DNA of 64,000 nucleotides from an uncultured Acidobacteriota bacterium (GTDB lineage: Bacteria > Acidobacteriota > Terriglobia > Terriglobales > Acidobacteriaceae), in NCBI GenBank assembly GCA_963737095.1, contig CAVTRK010000003.1:74222-138221 (forward strand), given 5' to 3'. Positions 1-7,664 of this stretch are shown piece by piece. Below the pieces are notes generated by a model, which did not search any database, was not told where the DNA came from, and worked only from the letters and a program-made list of their open reading frames with translations. The translations under genes were made by a program, and so were the position numbers. The first letter of the stretch is position 1; the number at the start of each line of letters is the position of its first letter.

Positions 1-1386
1 TTTGGGATCGGCGTTCACTGCCAGCAGCTGATTTCCTTCCGTCTGCCAGCGCGCCATCTCCGCATTGCGCAGCGAGATGGTGTATTCCCGCGGCTTCAGG
101 CGCAGATTGTCGGTGATATGCACGGGAGGGATGATGAAGCCGAGTTCCCGAGCCAGGTGCTTGCGCAACGCGCGCACCCGAGCCAGCATTTGTCCACCTT
201 GTTTTTCGTCGACCAGAGGAATCAACTGAAAACCAATTTCAAGGCTCAGGTCATCAATCGGCAGCAGGGCCGCAAGGTTATCGGCTTGTGGGCCGCCTGC
301 GGCCTTGGCATCTTTTCCGGACACTGCACTTTCGTTCTCCGCAACTGCGACAGGTGCGGGCATGCGATACGCCATATAGCCCAGTCCCGCCGCCATCAGT
401 AGGAAAGGCAATTTTGGCAATCCCGGAATCAAGGCCATGACCGTCAACAAGCCAGAAGCAATCCACAAGGTGCTGGGGCGTTGAAAGATTTGTGCACTGA
501 TCTCCGAGCCCAGCGAGTTGGAAGACGAAGCCGCGCGCGTCAGCACAATGCCGCCGGCGACGGATACCAGCAACGAAGGAATGGTAGTGACCAGTCCGTC
601 TCCGACGGTGAGAACGGTATAGGTGCGCAGCGCCTCGCCGACCGCGATGTTTTGCTGAAACACTCCAATCAACAGGCCGGCAACAATATTGATGGCGGTG
701 ATGAGGATGGTCGCCATCGAATCTCTCTGGTTGAAGCGGGCAGCGCCATCCATGGCGCCATAAAACTCGGCCTCGCGCGCGATGGCTTCACGACGTTTGC
801 GGGCGGTCACTTCATTGATGACGCCGGCATTCAGATCGGCGTCGATCGCCATCTGCTTTCCGGGTAATGCGTCGAGAGTGAATCGCGCCGTAACTTCGGC
901 GGTGCGCACGGCGCCGTGACTCACCACTAGAAACTGAATTGCGATCAACGCCAGAAAGACGACGAATCCAACAATGTAATTCCCGCCCACCACAAATTGT
1001 CCGAATGCTTCGATGACCTGTCCCGCAGCGCCGGTTCCTTCAAATCCGTGAAGAAGAATGCGTCGGCTGGAGGCCAGGTTCAGCGATAGCCGGAACAGTG
1101 TCAGCAGCAATAAAAGGGTCGGGAAAACTGAAAACTCGACCGCGCGGCGCAACTGCACGGCCGACAGAAATACCAGGAACGAGGCGGTGATCGAAATGGT
1201 CAAAAGCAGGTCGAGCGCGAAGGCCGGCAATGGAACCAGCATCACCAGCACCATACTGATGGCGGTCGCCGGCAACAGCATTTCGTGAGCGCGACGGCTC
1301 ATTTCCGGCGTAATCCAATGCAACAGGCCGCTGCCCTTGGGCTGCGATTCCGGAGTCGGGCTTTGTGCTACGACTTGCGTGCTCAC
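1..1386 (-). CDS. flhA: Flagellar export gate protein FlhA, N-terminal ~460 aa (gene continues past the window start)
   Basis: Open minus-strand frame that runs off the window, so it is absent from the ORF track. My translation from ATG 1302 reads MSRRAHEMLLPATAISMVLVMLVPLPAFALDLLLTISI...FPTLLLLLTLFRLSLNLASSRRILL...GNYIVGFVVFLALIAIQFLVVSHGAVRTAEVTARFTLDALPGKQMAIDADLNAG. This is the conserved FHIPEP-family membrane core. An in-frame GTG at 1386 overlaps the flhB stop (GTGA). The true start is 1386 or 1302. Confidence 0.9.
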   Translation of the reverse strand, partial: MSTQVVAQSPTPESQPKGSGLLHWITPEMSRRAHEMLLPATAISMVLVMLVPLPAFALDLLLTISITASFLVFLSAVQLRRAVEFSVFPTLLLLLTLFRLSLNLASSRRILLHGFEGTGAAGQVIEAFGQFVVGGNYIVGFVVFLALIAIQFLVVSHGAVRTAEVTARFTLDALPGKQMAIDADLNAGVINEVTARKRREAIAREAEFYGAMDGAARFNQRDSMATILITAINIVAGLLIGVFQQNIAVGEALRTYTVLTVGDGLVTTIPSLLVSVAGGIVLTRAASSSNSLGSEISAQIFQRPSTLWIASGLLTVMALIPGLPKLPFLLMAAGLGYMAYRMPAPVAVAENESAVSGKDAKAAGGPQADNLAALLPIDDLSLEIGFQLIPLVDEKQGGQMLARVRALRKHLARELGFIIPPVHITDNLRLKPREYTISLRNAEMARWQTEGNQLLAVNADPK

Positions 1387-2696
1387 TGGTCTGCTCCTGG
1401 CCCTGCAACGTCCCGTCCATTGTTGGGAGACGTAGCTGCCGACGAGTCGTCCTGGGTGGAATCCTGCATGGTTGGGTCTGTTGCTGAAGCTGGTGCATCC
1501 TTCGTGCCAAAGTCGGACTTGCTTTCCTTGGATTTTTCTATTCCACGGCCCAGCCGCAACTGCGGGGCCCGGTAGGCCGAAACGGGACGCACCGGTTCCT
1601 GCGGATGGCCCGCCTTACGCGAGCTGGCACGCATCTTCTCTTCCACCTGCTGGCGATAGAGGAACGCCAGAATTGCCGCAACGGCGGCATACAAATCATG
1701 CGGGATCGACTGTCCTGGCTCGACCGATCGAAATAGAGAGCGCGCCAGCGGAGGATTTTCTACGATAGGAACTCCGGCCCAGCGCGCCTCATCCTTGATC
1801 CGCTCCGCCATCAGATTTCTTCCCTTGGCCAGCACCTTGGGAGCCTGCAGCGTCTCAAAGTTGAATTCCAGGGCTACGGCGTAGTGGGTAGGGTTGGTAA
1901 TCACCACGCTGGCTTTCGAAACGTCGGCCTGCAACCTGCGGCGCCGCATCTGTCGCTGGATGGATCGAATGCGGCTGCGAATCTGCGGATTGCCTTCCAT
2001 CTCCTTGTATTCCTTGCGCATGTCTTCTTTACTCATGCGCAAACGCTGTTCCCAACTGCGCCATTCCACCACGTAATCCAACGCCGACCAGCAAAGCAGA
2101 ATGCCGCTGGTCGCAAGCAACAGGCGATATTGACTGGCAAACAGCAGTGGCAGTTGCGCCAGGGACAGCACCGGCAACGCAAGCACCGTGTGTTGCAGAA
2201 TGTCCCAGCCTAAAATCATGACCAGTGTTGCGGGCACCAGCGATTTGAGCAGGCGCGTTGATGCTCGCAGCGAGAACAGGTTTTTCAAGTTCGATGCTGG
2301 AGAGAGCCGGTCAAACTTCGGCTGCAAAGACTCGCCATGAAACTGCAAGCCCCCCGCCTGCGCCATTCCCACCATCAGGCCTACAACCAGAATGACGGCC
2401 AACACCAGCAGTACAGGGAATGCGGTCTGATAGACACTGGCGCGCACCATATCGTTTACCACCGCGCCATCCTGCAAACTCATATCGCTGTGGCTGCCGA
2501 GCGCGAGCACATGCACGTACGCCGCCCGCCATCCCACGGCGAAGCGCTCTGTCACCATACCGATGGCGAGCACTCCTGCTCCCATACCAATGGCGCTGGT
2601 CAGTTCGCGGCTGTGCACCATGTCGCCGCGCTCACGGGCTTTCTGTTTCTGCCGCGGAGAGGCTTTCTCTGTCTTGTCGCCGTTGTCGCCTGCCAT
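1383..2696 (-). CDS. flhB: Flagellar export switch protein FlhB, with a long disordered C-terminal tail
   Basis: 437-aa ORF. The N-terminus (EKASPRQKQKARERGDMVHSRELTSA) and the autocleavage motif VVITNPTHYAVAL are FlhB hallmarks. Four hydrophobic segments lie between them. Its position between fliR and flhA fits. Confidence 0.9.
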   Translation of the reverse strand: MAGDNGDKTEKASPRQKQKARERGDMVHSRELTSAIGMGAGVLAIGMVTERFAVGWRAAYVHVLALGSHSDMSLQDGAVVNDMVRASVYQTAFPVLLVLAVILVVGLMVGMAQAGGLQFHGESLQPKFDRLSPASNLKNLFSLRASTRLLKSLVPATLVMILGWDILQHTVLALPVLSLAQLPLLFASQYRLLLATSGILLCWSALDYVVEWRSWEQRLRMSKEDMRKEYKEMEGNPQIRSRIRSIQRQMRRRRLQADVSKASVVITNPTHYAVALEFNFETLQAPKVLAKGRNLMAERIKDEARWAGVPIVENPPLARSLFRSVEPGQSIPHDLYAAVAAILAFLYRQQVEEKMRASSRKAGHPQEPVRPVSAYRAPQLRLGRGIEKSKESKSDFGTKDAPASATDPTMQDSTQDDSSAATSPNNGRDVAGPGADQ

Positions 2697-2702
2697 ATTC
2701 CC

Positions 2703-3472
2703 CTATGCGCGGTGCGCTGCCACCACCAGTTGCATGCCTTGATTGAGCAGTCCATCGAAACGCGCCTCTATAAAACGCGGCCACACTCCCAGCGAACCGA
2801 TCAGCACCACATATCCAATGAGAGTTTTGAGAGGAATGCCGACAAACAACACCGGTAGCTGCGGCGACATGCGACCGACCAGCGCCACGACTACTTCCAC
2901 CAGCAGCGTCGCCGCGATCACGGGCGCCGATAATTGCACTGCAGCCAGGAAAACTCCACTGGTCATCTCGACCAGGGTCAGGCTGGCGCGTGTGTTCATC
3001 CACGCGGTCCCGACCGGAACCACGGCGAAGGTATGCATCAGGGCGGACAGCAAAGTGCGATCCAGGCCTGCGGCCAGCAGCACCAACAGACCGACAGTAT
3101 TCAACAGTTGGCTCAGCAGCGGCGTCTCAATGGAGGAGTTGGGATCGAGTACATTCACCAGCGAGAAGCTGAATTGCAGCCCCAGCAGCTGCCCGGAAAA
3201 ATTCAGCATCTCCATCAGTAATGTGAGCGAGAGACCAAACAATAAGCCCGTACTCAACTCCCCCAGCATTGACGTCAGACCCAAGTCCGGGCACAGCGCC
3301 CGGATGAGCTGGCGGCAATTGGCGTCAGAAGGGCCGCGACCACAACTGTAAATACAGCCTTCACGGTGCGCGGAATTGCGGCAGAGGAGAAGAACGGAAC
3401 AAACAGCATCAGCCCACTGACACGAATCAGCACCAGGATTCCTGCTGCAACAAATCCGCTCCAGTCTGCCAT
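2703..3472 (-). pseudogene. fliR: FliR export-gate protein split over two reading frames (apparent 1-nt indel near 3278-3320)
   Basis: An SD (GGGGAGAAGC) precedes ATG 3472. That frame gives MADWSGFVAAGILVLIRVSGLMLFVPFFSSAAIPRTVKAVFTVVVAALLTPIAA, then stops at 3275. A second frame (ORF 2703..3284) continues LGLTSMLGELSTGLLFGLSLTLLMEML...PQLPVLFVGIPLKTLIGYVVLIG. Together they make about 256 aa, a normal FliR length. Confidence 0.7.
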
Positions 3473-3524
3473 GCTTCTCCCCAGAATCCCCGCCCAGAAC
3501 TTCGCGTTTTCGCCCGATTTGGAA

Positions 3525-3794
3525 TCAGCCGAGAAACCGATGAAAATCGCGAAACAACGAAATGGTGTATCCCACCAGGTTGCGCAGCAGCCAGGGCATG
3601 CCCACAATCGACATGACGGCGACGGTGGCCAGCCTGGGAATTGTCGTAATGGTCTGTTCCTGAATCGACGTCAAAGTCTGCAGCACACTTAGCCCGATAC
3701 TGATCACCGCCGCAGCTAAAAGAAGGGGCGCGCTTAACAGCATGGCCTCCATTAATAGGTGCCGTGCGAGTTCTGTCACCTGGTCCGGACCCAT
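3525..3794 (-). CDS. fliQ: Flagellar export-gate protein FliQ
   Basis: 89-aa two-TM protein (MGPDQVTELARHLLMEAMLLSAPLLLAAAVISIGLSVLQTLTSIQEQTITTIPRL...). An SD GAAGGGAAG lies upstream. Its position between fliP and fliR fits. Confidence 0.9.
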   Translation of the reverse strand: MGPDQVTELARHLLMEAMLLSAPLLLAAAVISIGLSVLQTLTSIQEQTITTIPRLATVAVMSIVGMPWLLRNLVGYTISLFRDFHRFLG

Positions 3795-3834
3795 ACAGGA
3801 CTTCCCTTCATCGAGTTCGTGCGTGCAATCGACC

Positions 3835-4537
3835 TCAAAAGCTTTTCAACAGCGAGCCCGCCAGCAGGTTCCACCCATCCACCATCACAAAAAGCAGAAT
3901 CTTCAATGGAGTTGAGATCACCACAGGAGGCAGTTGCAGCATTCCAATGGCTGTCGTGATGGACGCCACCACAAGGTCGACCAGCAAAAATGGGAGGAAG
4001 AGGACGGCTCCAATCTGGAAGCCTGGCTTTCAGTTCCGACAACATGTACGCCGGGACGACCACTCGCAACGGCAGATCTTCCGGCTTGGCGGGCCGCTTC
4101 TCCATGGTGGCGGAAGCAAACAGCGCCAGATCTTTTTCGCGGGCGTAGTGCAGCATGTAGAGTTCTACCGGGTGGGTTCCGCGCTCAATGGCCTGGGTGC
4201 CCGTAATCTGTCCGCTGCGAAACGGTTCGACAGCCTGTTGATCCACCTGCATTAGAACCGGATGCATCAGGAACCAGGTCATCATTAAACCGAGACCCAT
4301 CAACACTTGGTTACTGGGCGCGGTCTGCGTTCCCAGTGCCTGCCGCAAAAAATGAAAGACCACCAGCAGGCGCACCATCGGCGTCATGGAGAGAAGCAGC
4401 GCCGGAATCAGCGTGAGAAAGGTCAGGACAAAAATGATTGTCCACGGGACCGTTCCATTGCCTGCGATGCGCAAACCGTTGGTTGTCGGTTCCACCAGCG
4501 GAGCCGGCGCCAGCAGCAGCAGTGCGGGTAGATTCAT
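3835..4537 (-). pseudogene. fliP: FliP export-gate protein interrupted by a 1-nt insertion near 4021-4027
   Basis: The first ~170 aa of ORF 3776..4537 are canonical FliP (MVRLLVVFHFLRQALGTQTAPSNQVLMGLGLMMTWFLMHPV...VVPAYMLSELK). The frame then turns to junk. A one-base shift restores FQIGAVLFLPFLLVDLVVASITTAIGMLQLPPVVISTPLKILLFVMVDGWNLLAGSLLKSF, with a stop at 3835-3837. The start ATG 4537 overlaps the fliO stop (ATGA). Confidence 0.8.
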
Positions 4538-5022
4538 AATGAATGAGGCTGAGCTGCGTCTTGAAGGGTTTCAGATAATTTTGGCGCCGAGACTGGAACG
4601 ATGACCGTTATATCCTCCGCTCCACCCCCGACCAGGAATTGAACGCCACCGACTTCCACCAGGGAAAGATGGCGTTTGGCTCCCAGCGCCAGTTGTCCGA
4701 CGAGACGCAGTTTCGTGGACGGCGCCACGCCTGCCTGGAATTTTGTTTTCCACCACTGCGCCAGGCGAATGATAAATTGCCACAGCGGCGGGGTTCGGTC
4801 CAGCGCAGGCATCCAGTTCCGCCACCCCGACGTGGATCGATCTGACTTGCACGTCCCCTCGTCGGTTGGATTCCACATCGTATCGGACGCCTGGTGCGAC
4901 ATCTGTCCCGGAACTCCCACCAGCCCATTCGCCGTTCTCCACATCGCAACCATTTCCCTGGCCATTGCTATCCTTCCTCTTCCTGTCCGGTATCCAAAGC
5001 ATCCCCGGCCGCTTATTCTCAC
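4534..5022 (-). CDS. fliO: FliO-like small flagellar protein (start uncertain; GTG 5022 overlaps the fliN stop)
   Basis: The C-terminal segment KLRLVGQLALGAKRHLSLVEVGGVQFLVGGGAEDITVIVPV resembles the conserved FliO core. The gene sits between fliN and fliP and overlaps both by 4 nt (GTGA and ATGA). No clear TM helix was seen. Confidence 0.45.
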   Translation of the reverse strand: MRISGRGCFGYRTGRGRIAMAREMVAMWRTANGLVGVPGQMSHQASDTMWNPTDEGTCKSDRSTSGWRNWMPALDRTPPLWQFIIRLAQWWKTKFQAGVAPSTKLRLVGQLALGAKRHLSLVEVGGVQFLVGGGAEDITVIVPVSAPKLSETLQDAAQPHSL

Positions 5023-5366
5023 AACAGTCGCGTGATGCGAATCGCCATCTCCTGATCCACAACTTCCATTTCCACCCACGCCAACTGAACATCTTCAATT
5101 GCGAGCGGAAGGTCTTCTCCGCTCGACCAGGCTGTGGGAATAACCTGGCCGGCCGCCAGGGCTAGTAAATCTCGAACGCAAAATCGCACTACCGGCAATG
5201 CCACATCCATCTGGATCGGCAACCACTCCACCGCCGGCCACGCGTTGCGCTGAGAGATCGCAGGCTCATGACGCGAGGTCTCGAGCTGAGGCGCTTCCCC
5301 GTGCGCAAAGAAGGCGCCGGAGGGGGATTCGGTTTGTGCCGCACCGGGTTCCTGCAGAGCTTCCAT
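5019..5366 (-). CDS. fliN: Flagellar C-ring protein FliN (SpoA domain)
   Basis: The C-terminus (WLPIQMDVALPVVRFCVRDLLALAAGQVIPTAWSSGEDLPLAIEDVQLAWVEMEVVDQEMAIRITRLL) is a typical FliN/SpoA fold. AAGGA lies 8 nt upstream of ATG 5366. An alternative ATG is at 5375. Confidence 0.8.
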   Translation of the reverse strand: MEALQEPGAAQTESPSGAFFAHGEAPQLETSRHEPAISQRNAWPAVEWLPIQMDVALPVVRFCVRDLLALAAGQVIPTAWSSGEDLPLAIEDVQLAWVEMEVVDQEMAIRITRLL

Positions 5367-5668
5367 GAAATGCATCCTTCAAGCCGGTGAATTGTTTCTC
5401 AAGATGGCGGCTGACGATCAGCTGAATTTCTTCGAATTCGTCCGATCTCACCGCGACACAGATGCTGTCGCTGCGGATTGAGCTGTTGTCGATGTATTCA
5501 TGATCGCCATAACAATCGAAAGATGTGCAGGAATGGAACCAAGGAAGGAGAGGCAAAGTAAGAAACTTCTTAGAATTTCTAATGTTCTGTCCGAAGAGGC
5601 CGAAGAAACAGGCTCAATTCGAAGCGAAGCCGACAGCATGCCGGCTCCGCCCCAATCCGTCGCAGCCA

Positions 5669-6907
5669 TTATCCCTGAATCATATTGATGGTTGCCTGAG
5701 TCACCGTATTGAACGTTGACACCGATTTTGCATTCGCTTCATACGCGCTTTGGGCCACGATCAAGTTGGAAAACTCACTGGAGATGTCGACATTCGATTC
5801 CTCCAAAGCTCCGCCCTCCATGGTGCCGCGTCCACCGCTTCCGGCAACGCCGACCGTTGCCTGTCCGGAGGCCAGGGTGGCAGCAAAATTGTTGTTGCCG
5901 AGCCGGGAGAGCCCCTGCACGTTATTCATGGTGGCAATGGCCAGTTGACCGACCGCTTGCGTCTGTCCATTGGAGAATTGCACGGAAATTGTTCCGTCGG
6001 AGCCAACCGAAAATCCCTGGTAGCTTCCGCTGGAATATCCATTCTGAGTTGTGCTGCCCACGGTGGACGCCGATGCTACCTGGGTTAAAGTTGGATTGTT
6101 GTTTGCATCGTACAGATTCCAGTTGAAATTCAAATCACTGGCGCCATCGGCGAGGGTTCCAAAGCTGATGCCCGATACATTGGCGGCAGGAGCTGTGAGC
6201 TTGCCGTTGCTATTAAATGTGAGGGTGCCGGTTGTGTTGGCGGTTGCACCGGTGTAATCGGCAGCGGGGAGGGAGATGGCGTAACTCCAGCTGTTGCCGC
6301 CCTGGTTGGTGAAATTGACGGTCGCCACATGACTTTGACCCAACGAATCGTACACCGTCACCTGCGCCGGGACTACAGTACCGGATGCAGCGCTGGCGTT
6401 CAAGTTGGTTGCATTCAAGGCGAATTTGGTCGTGGCCTGTGGCTGTTGGGTAGCTCCCAGTGGAATCTGGATCGCGGCCAATGGCGCATTGGTATTGACC
6501 ACGCCATTGCTTGCGGGGTATCCCATGACAGGCAGGCCATCCACGCTGGTCAGATTTCCATCCTGGTCGGTTTGAAAGTTTCCTGCGCGGGTATACGCCG
6601 GAGTGCCGCCATTGTTCAGCACGAAGAAACCATTGCCGGTCAATGCGACGTCGCTGGGACTTCCCGCGGCTGTGTTGATGCTGCCCGGAGTGAAGTTTGT
6701 GGAATTGGCGGCGACTTTCACGCCTTGCCCTGCGAGCACAGGGTCGCCAGAACCGGAGGAGCCCACCTGCTGATAGAACAAGTCTTCGAACGAGGTGGAT
6801 TGAGACTTGAATCCGGAGGTGTTCAGGTTGGCGATGTTATTGGCGATGGTGTTGAGCTCAGCTTGATCGGCGTTCAATCCTGTCAGTGGAATGGAAAAGG
6901 AAGCCAT
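5669..6907 (-). CDS. flgE: Flagellar hook protein FlgE
   Basis: MASFSIPLTGLNADQAELNTIANNIANLNTSGFK at the N-terminus and ...SNLIVAQSAYEANAKSVSTFNTVTQATINMIQG at the C-terminus are conserved rod/hook motifs. An SD GAGGAG lies upstream of ATG 6907. The ORF-track start at 6955 was trimmed. Confidence 0.9.
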   Translation of the reverse strand: MASFSIPLTGLNADQAELNTIANNIANLNTSGFKSQSTSFEDLFYQQVGSSGSGDPVLAGQGVKVAANSTNFTPGSINTAAGSPSDVALTGNGFFVLNNGGTPAYTRAGNFQTDQDGNLTSVDGLPVMGYPASNGVVNTNAPLAAIQIPLGATQQPQATTKFALNATNLNASAASGTVVPAQVTVYDSLGQSHVATVNFTNQGGNSWSYAISLPAADYTGATANTTGTLTFNSNGKLTAPAANVSGISFGTLADGASDLNFNWNLYDANNNPTLTQVASASTVGSTTQNGYSSGSYQGFSVGSDGTISVQFSNGQTQAVGQLAIATMNNVQGLSRLGNNNFAATLASGQATVGVAGSGGRGTMEGGALEESNVDISSEFSNLIVAQSAYEANAKSVSTFNTVTQATINMIQG

Positions 6908-6975
6908 AAGAATTCTCCTCAAGAAATAGAATGTTGGTCTTTCACGCCGCGACATCCCGGCGACAAACTGTTGCT

Positions 6976-7629
6976 TCAGCGAACCGCGCCACCGGTTCCT
7001 GTCTGAATTGCGGCCGGTAACGAGGACGATCCCGAAAACGTCGCCCCGGGGATGGAATGCTGCAGCGCTCGCATCACCTCTGGGCTAAGAGGAACTTGCG
7101 TGGGCGATTGCGCCTGGGTCGGCAAACTGGATGCGTGTGTGAATGCGTTGGCGACTGCAGTATCGGCCGATGCCGGCAACTGCGTGTGACTTCCCAGCGG
7201 CAGAAGATGGCTGGCAATCGCGGACGCGACCGAGGGCGACGCTGCGCTCTTCGCCGCAGCGGAAGTCGCGGCCGCCGGAGAGGGACTGCTGACAGCGCCT
7301 CCCGTCGTCGTTGCGCTCCCTGTCGCGGTGGTCAGTGTCTGATTGATCTGAACCAGCTGTTCCAGGCTGTTCACCCCGACCAGCTGCGTAATGTATTGCA
7401 TGGGATCTGTCTGAGTGGTGGGATCCTGATTCTGGATCTCGGTGACCAGCAGGGTAAGGAAATCATTCGCCGTAATCGTTGCCTGGTTGGTGGAGGCGCC
7501 GGTGGAACCTGTGCCTGCACTGGAGGACGCGGATGCCTTCACTCCCGTAGTCTGTGCCTGCGGCTTCGATTCGAACGGCGCAGTGACAGCCTGTTTCACA
7601 TGATCCAAAATTCCCAGTAAAAGATTCAT
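6976..7629 (-). CDS. flgD: Hook assembly/capping protein FlgD (N-terminal domain plus S/A/T-rich tail)
   Basis: Carries the motif DFLTLLVTEIQNQDPTTQTDPMQYITQLVGVNSLEQLVQ. An SD AAAGGAAA lies upstream. Its position between fliK and flgE fits. Confidence 0.8.
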   Translation of the reverse strand: MNLLLGILDHVKQAVTAPFESKPQAQTTGVKASASSSAGTGSTGASTNQATITANDFLTLLVTEIQNQDPTTQTDPMQYITQLVGVNSLEQLVQINQTLTTATGSATTTGGAVSSPSPAAATSAAAKSAASPSVASAIASHLLPLGSHTQLPASADTAVANAFTHASSLPTQAQSPTQVPLSPEVMRALQHSIPGATFSGSSSLPAAIQTGTGGAVR

Positions 7630-7664
7630 CTAATATTTCCTTTCTTAGATCTTTCCTGCGATGC

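Noticed and set aside
5266-5669. Two small ORFs (96 and 73 aa) in the flgE-fliN gap, considered as flbD/fliL/fliM remnants
   Set aside because: They have TTG or no-SD starts and overlap fliN or the flgE stop. They do not resemble FlbD (MIKLTRLNG...) or the FliM N-terminal LSQxEIDALL motif. The gap is kept only as a finding.
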